64,000 nt of DNA from Dehalococcoidia bacterium (GCA_963666115.2 CAXXET010000008.1:176118-240117); one strand, 5' to 3'; positions 10,083-20,682 are shown, counted from the first letter of the stretch. The notes: generated by a model from the letters alone, not told the origin. A program made the numbers and translations.

Positions 10083-10310
10083 CTAAGAGTTCTGGCTGGC
10101 CTGTTTTTCTGCCCGTTCATCAATCAGATCAAGAACGGCGGGAACGAGGTCTCTCGGCACCGCAACCCACGTCATATCGGGGTCCAAATCGACAGCCTCG
10201 ATATCCGCAGCCAGAGCGTCTTCATCGTCGAGAAGCCCGTTGTGGTGGTCGAGCACCTTTTGGACGCGCTCCGCGTCCCAGCCGGGGGGATAGACGTTCG
10301 GGTCCTTCAT
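10083..10310 (-). CDS. putative antitoxin (YPPGWD..RV family)
   Basis: Overlaps the toxin-like gene stop; paralogs at 24218 and 24435. Confidence 0.55.
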   Translation of the reverse strand: MKDPNVYPPGWDAERVQKVLDHHNGLLDDEDALAADIEAVDLDPDMTWVAVPRDLVPAVLDLIDERAEKQASQNS

Positions 10311-10591
10311 CGGCCTCTCCTTCTCATTCGGCGTCTATAAGATGCGAGCGGGCTGCCTCTCAGTTCATATGCAGTGATGACGAACGTCTCATCTGCGGGG
10401 TGCCTGCGAGCATAGATGACGCGCAAAATGCGACCGGCAAAGGTCGGGCCGGTAGCGATGCGCGACCCTTCACGGCTGCGCAGGTTGTCCCTTGCCGTCT
10501 GAAGAACCTCCTCCACTTCATCTTCCGTGACGCCATGATCCAGTATATGCGGTTGGCCGGTTTCAGGGTTGACGTGGAATCTGATGGGCAC
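10307..10591 (-). CDS. BrnT/DUF4258-like toxin
   Basis: HILDHGVTEDEVEEVL..G.T..GRILRVIY..FVITAY pattern. Confidence 0.65.
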   Translation of the reverse strand: MPIRFHVNPETGQPHILDHGVTEDEVEEVLQTARDNLRSREGSRIATGPTFAGRILRVIYARRHPADETFVITAYELRGSPLASYRRRMRRRGR

Positions 10592-10872
10592 TGAGGCGAC
10601 TCATTTCAATACGGCATCCCGTACCACCCCAACAGCCGGATAGTGAAAGAAAGGTTTTAGTCTTGCGTTCTTTTGTTGCGATTTAAAGACAGCAACAGGT
10701 CTCGTTGCGCCGAAGCGCGCAGCGATCTATGGTGCCCTGCCCCTGGTCCGACCGGGGTTCCGCCACCCTTGGAAGGGCGGTTCATGCCACTCAGACACCG
10801 GACGTCAACGCAGGAGAATCGCTGACCGACCTGGGTGCAATGCGCCCCGCCAAAGCGGAGCGATTAGCTCCC

Positions 10873-12387
<1,515 letters not shown>

Positions 12388-12471
12388 ATTGAACGGAAGA
12401 CCTCTGCCTTCCTTTTCACTATCCAACTGTTAAGGCTCTCGCACCCCTCCCGAAAGAAGGGCGCAACGCTC

Positions 12472-12500
12472 AGAATATGCCCCCCCACCAACCCTGTCAA
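12472..12500 (-). promoter_or_regulatory. sigma70 promoter of 16S gene
   Basis: TTGACA-N17-TATTCT on minus strand about 90 nt upstream of 16S. Confidence 0.8.
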
Positions 12501-12541
12501 CCCCAACCAACCCGTCAACCACGCGGCGCACAGCCACGCGA

Positions 12542-13012
12542 CTACACGGCGCCGCGTAGTGGAGTGAACAAGCTCGCGCTGCCCCCAATTGCCAGCGCGG
12601 CGGCAAACAGGCGGGCATCCGCAGTAAGCAGAAGGTACCCGCGTGACACCGCCTCCAGTAGTGCGCTGTCGGTTAGGCCGAACCTCTCGAATTCCTCCCG
12701 TCGCGCCGCGGTTTGGCTGGCAATGACAATCTCCTCTCCCTGGTCGATCACGCGGCGCAGCAGCGCCAAAAGGCGAGAGCGATCCGGCTGGCCATGCTGT
12801 GCAAGAAGGTTGCCTGCCTCCGTCAAGGTATTCGGCGTGACCACGATGGGCTCGTGCCCCGAAATGATCCCCCTCAACTCCTCGAAGTCGTCCGGCGCAT
12901 AGCCGGAGAGCCGCCGGTGCGTGAGGATAAGATTCCGGTCAAATCGGCCAACGATCAGGAGGACAAGCAGATTCGAATCGATGAGTATTCTGTTCGCGGC
13001 GGGTATGCTCAT
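12542..13012 (-). CDS. PIN-domain protein
   Basis: ILIDSNLLVL, TPNTLTE, GLTDSA, LLTAD..L acidic PIN motifs. Confidence 0.8.
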   Translation of the reverse strand: MSIPAANRILIDSNLLVLLIVGRFDRNLILTHRRLSGYAPDDFEELRGIISGHEPIVVTPNTLTEAGNLLAQHGQPDRSRLLALLRRVIDQGEEIVIASQTAARREEFERFGLTDSALLEAVSRGYLLLTADARLFAAALAIGGSASLFTPLRGAV

Positions 13013-13308
13013 TCGGCCTCGGGGAAGTCAAGCAGGGCGCGGTCCGTCACCCGCAGCACCCGGCTGCTCCCGTCATCGATGGTGACCATCTTGAACGTGC
13101 GCGGATGGCGCGTCTTCATCAGCGAATCGACCCACGGCCCGTCCTGCTCCCACGGACGCGCAAAGCCGATAGTAATCATCCACCGCCCTGTATCGGGATT
13201 GTGGACGACCTCTTCAAGCCCAACGTTGGCAATCTCCTCGTCCTCGAAGAGAGTCACAATCTCCGCGCGGGCAATCTCGACGGCTTTCTTCACGTGCAGT
13301 TGCGGCAT
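13009..13308 (-). CDS. small PIN-associated hypothetical protein
   Basis: AV.IA..E...LF..E.I.NVGLEEVVH..GRW.ITIGF.RPW..R..K.VTIDD; paralog of next gene. Confidence 0.65.
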   Translation of the reverse strand: MPQLHVKKAVEIARAEIVTLFEDEEIANVGLEEVVHNPDTGRWMITIGFARPWEQDGPWVDSLMKTRHPRTFKMVTIDDGSSRVLRVTDRALLDFPEAE

Positions 13309-13312
13309 CGTT

Positions 13313-13606
13313 TCACCTGAACATGCGCGGCGTCGCGCGCTCGGCAAGCCCGATAACTTGCCGGCTCTCATCATCGATTGTCACGAGCTTATACGTCCTG
13401 GGATGCTCGGAAGTATCGTAAGGGCTGTGGCGCGGAGGCCTGAAAGCCCAGGGCCGCTTGAATCCGATGGTAATCTTCCATCTGCCAGCCTCCGGATCGT
13501 GGACGACCTCCTCCAGGCCGACGTTCTCAATCCCCTCAACGTCAAAGAGGCCCCGTACCTCCCGCTTGGCGATGTCCACCGCCGCCCTAACCTCAAGATT
13601 AGCCAT
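13313..13606 (-). CDS. small PIN-associated hypothetical protein, paralog
   Basis: Same motif set as 13009..13308. Confidence 0.65.
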   Translation of the reverse strand: MANLEVRAAVDIAKREVRGLFDVEGIENVGLEEVVHDPEAGRWKITIGFKRPWAFRPPRHSPYDTSEHPRTYKLVTIDDESRQVIGLAERATPRMFR

Positions 13607-13696
13607 GCCCGCCTCGCCACTCCCTCCCAACACACAACCATTCTATAGCAGAGTGTCAGTTGCCCTCACCCGCCCCCCATGTATACTGTCCCCACC

Positions 13697-14080
13697 ATGA
13701 ACGGATACGGCAGAACATACGCAGAGCAGGGCCGCATCTACCTTGCGCAGGCTTATGAGGAGCTTGAGCGGGGCGACCTCCCGCAGACCGCGGAGAAAGG
13801 CTGGGGCGCAGCGTCTCAGCTCGTCAAAGCCGCCGCCGATGAGCGAGGCCTGCCCCATCACTCCCACGGCTTCCTCTTCCGCGCCGTCGGAGTCCTCGGT
13901 GAAGAGCAGGGCGGCGATGTTATCCGGCAAGGCTTCTTCTCCGCGCACGGCCTCCACGGCAACTACTACGAAGGCGGAAGCCCCGAAGCCGACATCCGAG
14001 CCGCCCTAAAAGACGTAGAATCCCTAGTTGAAACAATCGAGGGAATGCTGAACGGGCGCAATGGAGCGACAACTCCCTAG
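13697..14080 (+). CDS. PaREP1-like protein, copy 5
   Basis: QTAEKGWGAA..HHSH..LHGNYYE; TATACT at 13682. Confidence 0.75.
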   Translation: MNGYGRTYAEQGRIYLAQAYEELERGDLPQTAEKGWGAASQLVKAAADERGLPHHSHGFLFRAVGVLGEEQGGDVIRQGFFSAHGLHGNYYEGGSPEADIRAALKDVESLVETIEGMLNGRNGATTP

Positions 14081-14196
14081 CCTGGCCCTCACCGCCCCGT
14101 ACACAACCCTCGCCGCGTAAGTAGTAAACAGTGTAGGCTTGGCGGCGAGAACGAGAGGCACGCTCTGATTCCAGATGCGTGCCGGGGCTCAAACAC

Positions 14197-14556
14197 ATGA
14201 AGCTCACCAAAATAGCAGCCTGGGCAGCCCACCTCTGGGCTTGGGCCGTCGGCCTCTGGATGACCTTCGGCCCCTTCTACAGCGATGGCGCGACGCTGGT
14301 CGAACAGAACGGCGCATACGTTCTCCTGATACTGCTCTTCCCCATTCTGATGTCCGGCATCGCGCTCCTGGCCATCCGCTTCATCGATGCCGGACGGGTA
14401 GCGCGCAAAGCGCTCCTGTGGACAATAGCCCTGGTTCTCGTGGCCCTCTGCATAGCGACCTATATCTCCCTCTGCATATTCTATCTCCCAATGGTGATCG
14501 TACTGCTGGTTGTGGCCATACGCGAGGGAGGGCTTACGGCTGTTCGGTGGCGATGA
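14197..14556 (+). CDS. small integral membrane protein
   Basis: About four hydrophobic segments. Confidence 0.6.
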   Translation: MKLTKIAAWAAHLWAWAVGLWMTFGPFYSDGATLVEQNGAYVLLILLFPILMSGIALLAIRFIDAGRVARKALLWTIALVLVALCIATYISLCIFYLPMVIVLLVVAIREGGLTAVRWR

Positions 14557-14625
14557 GCGCCATCTCCGCCTCCGGGTCCGACACCCCAAACCGCGCCCCC
14601 GCCCCCCATGTATACTGTCCCCACC

Positions 14626-15009
14626 ATGAACGGCTACGGCAGGACATACGCTGAACAGGGGCGCATCTACCTTGCCCAGGCTTACGAAGAGCTTGAGCGC
14701 GGAGACCTCCCGCAGGCCGCGGAGAAAGGCTGGGGCGCAGCGTCTCAGCTCGTCAAAGCCGCCGCCGATGAGCGTGGCCTGCCGCATCACTCCCACGGGC
14801 TGCTTTTCCGGACTGTGGGGGTTCTTACCGAGGAATCCGGAGATGATGCCATTCGCCGGGGGTTTGACTCCGCCAGTTCCCTTCACGTCAACTACTATGA
14901 GGGCGGCGCAGCGAAGGTGAATATCCGCGCAAGCTTGCAGGACGTCGAGTCCCTCGTCGAAACAATCGAAACCATGCTAAACGGCCACAACGGCGCAACA
15001 ACTCCCTAG
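14626..15009 (+). CDS. PaREP1-like protein, copy 6
   Basis: 5' half and promoter nearly identical to copy 5. Confidence 0.75.
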   Translation: MNGYGRTYAEQGRIYLAQAYEELERGDLPQAAEKGWGAASQLVKAAADERGLPHHSHGLLFRTVGVLTEESGDDAIRRGFDSASSLHVNYYEGGAAKVNIRASLQDVESLVETIETMLNGHNGATTP

Positions 15010-15203
15010 CGCCCCCCGCCGCCTACCCCAACCAACCCGTCAACCACGCGGCGCACAGCCGCGCGAGACTACACTGCGCCGCCGGTGGTGACCTTCCAGC
15101 GACCTGCGTCCGGTTCACACGGAGTCAGGCGGTTCCTCGTCAAGCTGGAAAACGGTGAGGATTCCTTCCATCATGGAAGGATATGGCAACTGGGAGGTTG
15201 AGC

Positions 15204-15662
15204 ATGGACAAGACATGGAAAGTCGCCGGCATTACCGTTGTGATGGCTTTAGTCACGCTGACAATGACGGCATGTCAGGGCCCTCAGGGGCCAGCAGGTC
15301 CGGTTGGGCCTCAAGGACTAATTGGCCCGGTGGGACCCCAAGGAGCAGTAGGGCCAGTTGGACCCCAAGGACCAATAGGGCCGCAGGGTCCGGAAGGACA
15401 GCCTGGCTCACAGGTGACCGCACCGAGCGAAGAGATGCAGGAGCCCTATAGTGCAGAGATGTATGACGACTGCCGAGACGCTTTCGGCAGCATGAGCGCC
15501 ACCACCTTGAGGCTCCTCTTGGCATCCGGAGCGGACGAAGATGACTACCAATTTCTACTTGAAATGTCAGATTCAGACGTTCGTGGTGTGATGAAGCTGG
15601 GGTGCCTGGCTATTGCCTCAGGTGGTCGTGCACCCTTCGGCTCTTTTTGGGATGAAACGTAG
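15204..15662 (+). CDS. collagen-like (Gly-X-Y) lipoprotein
   Basis: GGAGG SD, signal peptide with MTAC lipobox, about 14 G-X-Y triplets ([12 protein letters not shown]...). Confidence 0.7.
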   Translation: MDKTWKVAGITVVMALVTLTMTACQGPQGPAGPVGPQGLIGPVGPQGAVGPVGPQGPIGPQGPEGQPGSQVTAPSEEMQEPYSAEMYDDCRDAFGSMSATTLRLLLASGADEDDYQFLLEMSDSDVRGVMKLGCLAIASGGRAPFGSFWDET

Positions 15663-15781
15663 CTCATTTGGGGTTTGGATGGTAGAACCCAAGAGCGTCT
15701 CGATAGGGTTGGTGCCCTCCGCTTGTCCCCCTCCAGGGGTTCACATAGAATGGCGTGGACAGTAATGAGGGAGACACAGCC

Positions 15782-16120
15782 ATGAGCCGCGTCGTTGTAC
15801 TGCTGGAACCGACTTTCCTGCGTGACCGCGAGAACGGCGAGTACGCGGCGCGATTCCGCAGCCTCGGCCTCACCGCCTACGGCGATACCCGCGACGAGGC
15901 CCTGACGGCGCTAAAGGACTTCTTCGCCTTCTTCGTCCGCAAGCGTCGTGAAAACGGCACCCTTGAATGGTTCCTGGATAAAGCAGGCGTCGAGTGGTAC
16001 CCGGAAGACAAATACCCACACGACCCAAGCGTAATCGAGTATCTCGGCGAGGACAGCGAAGCCGCATCACGCTGGATTCGCGTCGACCCCACATCCCCAT
16101 ACACCACCCTCGCCGCATAA
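15782..16120 (+). CDS. HicB-like protein
   Basis: YAARF.SLGL.AYGDTRDEAL..LKD resembles the HicB N-terminal domain. Confidence 0.6.
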   Translation: MSRVVVLLEPTFLRDRENGEYAARFRSLGLTAYGDTRDEALTALKDFFAFFVRKRRENGTLEWFLDKAGVEWYPEDKYPHDPSVIEYLGEDSEAASRWIRVDPTSPYTTLAA

Positions 16121-16124
16121 GTAG

Positions 16125-16409
16125 GTGAACATTCCGGGAGACGTTCCGGCGCATTACGTCATTGAGGCGTATGCCAGGCTCGGATTCGCATTGGAGCAGG
16201 GCGGATTCGCCCAACTCAGCTTTCGGAATGATGAGGGCATCCTCCTGTTCCACGCCATGCGGCGCGAAGGCATGATCAACGTGCCAATTGCGCTCGAAGA
16301 CATCGGGCTGGTTGAGACCATCAATGTCCTGCCACCCGGCTGGGGCCGTGAAACCTGGTTGGCCGCCCTGCTGGACGTGATGCAAGACCCCTACTACGCG
16401 CCACGATAG
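16125..16409 (+). CDS. hypothetical protein, possible partner of HicB-like gene
   Basis: GTG start 4 nt after the HicB-like stop. Confidence 0.45.
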   Translation: MNIPGDVPAHYVIEAYARLGFALEQGGFAQLSFRNDEGILLFHAMRREGMINVPIALEDIGLVETINVLPPGWGRETWLAALLDVMQDPYYAPR

Positions 16410-16431
16410 CGCACAGCCGTCCCCTCGCCTG

Positions 16432-17793
16432 TCAACGTGCCATATCTTGGACGTTCTCCTCCCCCTCCCCCTTCATCAACGCCATCTCTGCCTCCGGATC
16501 CGACACCCCGAACCGCGCCATCGCCGTCCGCCTCGAACGCAGCCCGTTCTTCACAAGCTCAATCTCCTGCCGCGCGACCTGCGCCTGGTCCTGCGGCAAA
16601 ATCGCCCCCCACTCGATCGACGTCCGGTACGGCGCCAGAGGCTCGCCCGTCATCTGCTCATGGATGCGAAGCGCGATCTCATTCCGCTTGCGGTACGCCG
16701 CCGCCCGGATAAGCCGCTTCCGCCGCAGCTTGTGCAGCAGCGGGTGGAGTTCCATCTCCAGTGCCACCCCGGACAGCCCCTGCCGGTTGTCCCCAAAGGC
16801 GATGCGCGGCGTCTCCGAGAGGTCGTGCAGCGCGCGGTAGATGGCGTTCACGTAGTCGATGTGCAGCTGCACCCCGCCCCCCTGCAGCAGGTCCAACAGG
16901 TACGCGCGCGCCCGGTCCGGCAGCTCCCACACCGCCCCGGGCTGTATGGCGATGTCCTGCGACTGATCGACGTTCTCCAGCACCGCGATGGGATTGCCGG
17001 AGAGTTCCAGGATCATGGAGAGCTGCGAGAGGGCGCGGTTCAGTTCCCGGATCGGCTCCATCATCGCGGGAATGTCGGACACCCCCCAGAACTGCTTGGG
17101 CGCGCGGATGTTGGGATACACCACGAACGGGATGAGCCCGTACGGGTTCGCCTCATCCCGCGCGAGCGTGTCCCCCGCGTACAACCGGAACCTCTTGTCG
17201 TCCCACACCTCCGTGATCGTGATGCGAGACTGCGCCCTGCCCCGCGCCGGCGGCCGGACGCCATGCAGCTCGCGCGCCTCCTCCGCGTCCAGCGTATAGC
17301 GCGAGGCCACGCGCCGGATGCGGTTCACGTCATCCCCCACCCACCAGCAGTGGAGTCCCTGCACGTCCGGCGCCGTGATGCGGATGCCGCCCCGCCCATC
17401 GTCCCACGTGATCTTGTACGCCCCGTCGCCCAGCACCGCGGTGTCGATCTCCGTGTCGAAATCGAGCTGGTCGAGCGAATTGACCTCCGCCATGTCCGCC
17501 AGCAGCCGCTCTGCCCCCCGCGCCCGCTCCTGCTCCTCCGGCGAGGCGTCCAGGGGCGGCACGGTGGAGCGCAGATCGGCCATCAGGTACGACGTGACCT
17601 TCTCGACGGACGCGCGCGCGTAGTTGAAGGTAAGCCGCCGCTCGCGCCCCCGCGTCCGCCCCGGCCAGTGCTCGCCCTCGTAGAACGCCAGGTTGCGCCG
17701 GTAGCGTTCCCGCCGCTCCGTGTCCCGCTTGTCCAGCGATGACGGAACGAAATCGTCGCGGCTCTCCGTCCGCCCGTTCAGCGATGTCGTCAT
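16432..17793 (-). CDS. phage portal protein (SPP1 gp6-like)
   Basis: FYEGEHW, FNYAR, AVLGDG, NPYGLIPFV..N, GVSDI, LSGVAL; ATG overlaps upstream stop (ATGA). Confidence 0.85.
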   Translation of the reverse strand: MTTSLNGRTESRDDFVPSSLDKRDTERRERYRRNLAFYEGEHWPGRTRGRERRLTFNYARASVEKVTSYLMADLRSTVPPLDASPEEQERARGAERLLADMAEVNSLDQLDFDTEIDTAVLGDGAYKITWDDGRGGIRITAPDVQGLHCWWVGDDVNRIRRVASRYTLDAEEARELHGVRPPARGRAQSRITITEVWDDKRFRLYAGDTLARDEANPYGLIPFVVYPNIRAPKQFWGVSDIPAMMEPIRELNRALSQLSMILELSGNPIAVLENVDQSQDIAIQPGAVWELPDRARAYLLDLLQGGGVQLHIDYVNAIYRALHDLSETPRIAFGDNRQGLSGVALEMELHPLLHKLRRKRLIRAAAYRKRNEIALRIHEQMTGEPLAPYRTSIEWGAILPQDQAQVARQEIELVKNGLRSRRTAMARFGVSDPEAEMALMKGEGEENVQDMAR

Positions 17794-18191
17794 GGCGCAG
17801 CCTCTCTCCTCTCGGCGTCTGCCTGCTCGTCGTCGCGCCGCGCGGATTCCAGCGCGCGAAAGACGGTGCGTCTCCCAACCTTGAATCTCTTGGCGATGGC
17901 GGGGACGGACAGCCCCTCCTCCAGTCGCGCCGCCGCGATGGCCTTGTCGCGTGACGCCAGCCGTTCGCGGCGCGTGACCGGCCCCTCGTCGTAGCGGCAG
18001 CGCGGATACGGGCAGTCCAGGGAGCTCGTGCACTCCTCGCCGCACCCCCGGTCCATGTACAGCGTGTCCTCCGGTAGCCTGTCCCCCCGTTTCCCGCTCC
18101 GACGCGCAAGCGGTATCTCCAGTTGATCCACGTTGTTCGGCCTGCGCGGGCGGGGCGGCCGGGCGCCCTGCCCGGACGATTCACGTGACAT
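17790..18191 (-). CDS. Cys-cluster plus HTH DNA-binding protein
   Basis: DRGC...C....DCPYPRCRYD then GLSVPAIAKRFKVGRRTVFRAL. Confidence 0.7.
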   Translation of the reverse strand: MSRESSGQGARPPRPRRPNNVDQLEIPLARRSGKRGDRLPEDTLYMDRGCGEECTSSLDCPYPRCRYDEGPVTRRERLASRDKAIAAARLEEGLSVPAIAKRFKVGRRTVFRALESARRDDEQADAERREAAP

Positions 18192-18240
18192 CCGATTGCC
18201 TCCTCCCGGCGCGAATTGGGCGAAAATCCTGGCGGAACGT

Positions 18241-19644
18241 CTAGCTGGTGGAACGGCTGCGTCCGACAGCCGTGCGAAGACCCCCTTCCTGCGCGCTCGC
18301 GTGCGCCGCCAGGGCCAGCGAAATCAGGTAATCGTCGCGGCCATCCCGCTCCGGCACGTAGAAGTTCATCGTGTGGTTCGCGTTGTGCTGCGCCTGCGCG
18401 TAGTGAATCTGGCGCCGCGCCGCCGCGGATTCCGATGACAGGTCGTCCGCGTACAGCCGCAGGCGCCCCGCGTTGACCATCGCAAGCAGCCCAAAGCCGA
18501 TCTTGGACTTCGAATGCTGCGTGAACGTGATGGGCTGCACGGCCTGTCCCACGCGGTGCTGGAGGGAGGCGACCATCGGCTCCCCGATGCCGGTCGCGTC
18601 CACGGCGACCCGCCGCACGCGCCACACGTTCTTCAGCAGGTCCGTCAACTGCTCCAGGAGCGCCCCGTGTGGAGTCCCGCGCCAGTAATAGTGCTGCACG
18701 ATGTGAACCTGCGGCTCGTCGAAGCCGTGGCCGGGGATGATCTCCGCGATCGTGAGAACCGTCTCGTCGCGCTGGACAACGCGGTCCGCGCCCCACTCCG
18801 TCTCGGTAATGGCCAGCGGCGCGCCGGCCAGATCGAGACCCGCCGCGTAGATCGCTCCGGGGCGCGGCGACTGCTGCCGGGGGTGGTCGCCGTGCAGTTG
18901 AACGACGTGCGCGCGGCTGAAGAGGCGGGTGTTCTCATCCACCGGCAGAAGCGCGTACTGCGTCCGGAACAGCGGATGCTCCTCGCCCAGCCGCTGCCGC
19001 TCCCCCTCCACGAAGGCCCCGTAGAGCCGGTTGTGCCGCGCAACCTCCTGCCAGTCGTAGCGGAAGTGCCGCCTCCGCCCCGCTCTGCCGTAGGCGCTCT
19101 GCGACGAGCCCACGCGCTCCGTGGCCTTCACCTGTTCCAGCAGGGAATCGCTGCGCCATGCCGTGCCGTACAGCACCGTCGTCGCGTTCTGCGCCGCGGC
19201 CATCGGGCGGAAATCGCGGTTGAACTTGTCCGGCAAAACGTCCTGCGCCTCGTCGATCTCCAGCAGGAGATCCGCCGTCTGCCCGACGACATTCGACGTC
19301 GGGTGCGCGCTGAGATACGTGGCGCGGCAGTGGCCGACCCGGAGAACGTGCCCCCTGTCCAGGCGGGATATGGTGCTCAGGCCGCTCTCCTCCAGCCGCT
19401 GCATGACCCGCTCGATGGAGATCAGCGCCTGCGGCTGAAAGGTGGGCGCCGCCTTGACCAGCGCGCCCCCCCGCGCCGCGTTCCGCAGCAGCAGCACCAT
19501 CTGGAGATACGCGGACAACTCGTTCTTCCCCGCCTGACGCGCCATCTCCACCGTGAACGTCAACCCCCGCCGGTTGAACACGGAGTCCAGCACGGCCCGC
19601 GCAACGTCCGCCTGGTACGGGCGCAGGCGGATGCCCGTCGTCAC
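18241..19644 (-). CDS. terminase large subunit
   Basis: LRPYQ, Walker A MARQAGKN, Walker B LLEIDEAQ, YGTA, nuclease GLDLAG / VDATGIG / RDDYLISLAL. Confidence 0.85.
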   Translation of the reverse strand: MTTGIRLRPYQADVARAVLDSVFNRRGLTFTVEMARQAGKNELSAYLQMVLLLRNAARGGALVKAAPTFQPQALISIERVMQRLEESGLSTISRLDRGHVLRVGHCRATYLSAHPTSNVVGQTADLLLEIDEAQDVLPDKFNRDFRPMAAAQNATTVLYGTAWRSDSLLEQVKATERVGSSQSAYGRAGRRRHFRYDWQEVARHNRLYGAFVEGERQRLGEEHPLFRTQYALLPVDENTRLFSRAHVVQLHGDHPRQQSPRPGAIYAAGLDLAGAPLAITETEWGADRVVQRDETVLTIAEIIPGHGFDEPQVHIVQHYYWRGTPHGALLEQLTDLLKNVWRVRRVAVDATGIGEPMVASLQHRVGQAVQPITFTQHSKSKIGFGLLAMVNAGRLRLYADDLSSESAAARRQIHYAQAQHNANHTMNFYVPERDGRDDYLISLALAAHASAQEGGLRTAVGRSRSTS

Positions 19645-19646
19645 GG

Positions 19647-19841
19647 CTACAACCCCGCCACGCGCATGATCGCCTGCAGCGCCACCGTCCCCACGATCAG
19701 CAGGAACAGGTTGTTGATCCGCCCCCGCAGGTCCTCCAGCTGCTGCTCGAGCGCCTGCATCTGTTGCCGCAGCAGCGCCTCGAATGCCGTGCTCGGCTCC
19801 GTGTCGAGCGCGGGTTTCTCATCGGTCCGATGATTCGCCAT
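19647..19841 (-). CDS. small coiled-coil protein with C-terminal TM helix
   Basis: AAGGAG SD; QQMQALEQQLEDLRGRIN then LFLLIVGTVAL. Confidence 0.6.
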   Translation of the reverse strand: MANHRTDEKPALDTEPSTAFEALLRQQMQALEQQLEDLRGRINNLFLLIVGTVALQAIMRVAGL

Positions 19842-19868
19842 TCCGTGTACTCTCCTTTAAGGTGTCGG

Positions 19869-20261
19869 CTAACTGGTGTTCTCTGGCGTCATAAAGTCGA
19901 AGTCCTCGTCCATGACCGGGAAGAGCTGCTCGCTAAGCCCCTCCATGGTGCCGGCGAGATTCTCCAGCAGTTCGTTCTCCGGCTTGGCCCCCAGCCGGTG
20001 CCGCGCCGCGAGTGTGTGAGACAGCGTGCTGATGGCTTTCATCAGGAGCGGAAGGTCGTCCGGCCTGTCCTCGAGGACGGTCAAAATCTTCGCCCGCAGA
20101 ACGGCAACCTCATCATCCAGGCCGTTCACGTTCTTGGCGCGCTTCGCGTACTCCTTCTCCCCGGCGGACATCGCGCGCTCATAGAAGTTGGCCTTTGCCC
20201 TCCGGCGCGGCGACACGGCCTGGGCGGGCGATTTCGCCGCGCTGTCGATTGTCTTGATCAT
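19869..20261 (-). CDS. terminase small subunit-like protein
   Basis: Upstream of TerL; basic N-terminus, NFY..., GLDDEVAVLRAKI helix pattern. Confidence 0.55.
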   Translation of the reverse strand: MIKTIDSAAKSPAQAVSPRRRAKANFYERAMSAGEKEYAKRAKNVNGLDDEVAVLRAKILTVLEDRPDDLPLLMKAISTLSHTLAARHRLGAKPENELLENLAGTMEGLSEQLFPVMDEDFDFMTPENTS

Positions 20262-20271
20262 CGGCGCTCCC

Positions 20272-20454
20272 CTACGCCCGCCCGCCGGACGGCGGCTCGC
20301 CCGGAACCTCGTCGAAAAACAGGGCAAGCACGTCCGGCGGCGTCTCGATGATCGCCTGCGCTAGACCCCAGATCAGCGCGAGCGCCGAAAGCTCGCTCAA
20401 CTCGGGCGACTCGGATTGCCGGATAGCCTTCAGAGTGGCCGACTGTGCCGTCAT
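20272..20454 (-). CDS. hypothetical 60-aa first gene of packaging operon
   Basis: GGAGG SD, downstream of predicted promoter, 10 nt from next start. Confidence 0.45.
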   Translation of the reverse strand: MTAQSATLKAIRQSESPELSELSALALIWGLAQAIIETPPDVLALFFDEVPGEPPSGGRA

Positions 20455-20514
20455 CCCATCCTCCCCCTGCCCCTGTGCGATTTCCCGCGTGGGCTCGTGT
20501 GTCGTTAGAACGGA

Positions 20515-20543
20515 AGAATAGAATATACGTTCTTATCCGTCAA
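20515..20543 (-). promoter_or_regulatory. sigma70 promoter with overlapping LexA-like box
   Basis: TTGACG-N17-TATTCT; AGAAC-GTAT-ATTCT at 20520..20533 (1 mismatch to AGAAC-N4-GTTCT). Confidence 0.65.
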
Positions 20544-20682
20544 TGCCTCGTGACACATCCGCGCGGCGCGGGACGGCCCTGCGCCGTCCGGTTGCCCCGA
20601 CTCGGATACACTGGTAGGAGGCGCGCATGGCGCGTCCGGACTTTCAGGACGGAAGCGAGGACAATCGACGGGTGAATTGCCG

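Noticed and set aside
17794-18045. Long N-terminal extension of the portal ORF (similar upstream extensions for DUF151, fabI, hisS, MFS, 50782)
   Set aside because: Extensions overlap other genes or translate repeats; downstream starts fit better.
16432-20454. Complete prophage
   Set aside because: No integrase, capsid, tail, lysis or replication genes and no att pair around the module.
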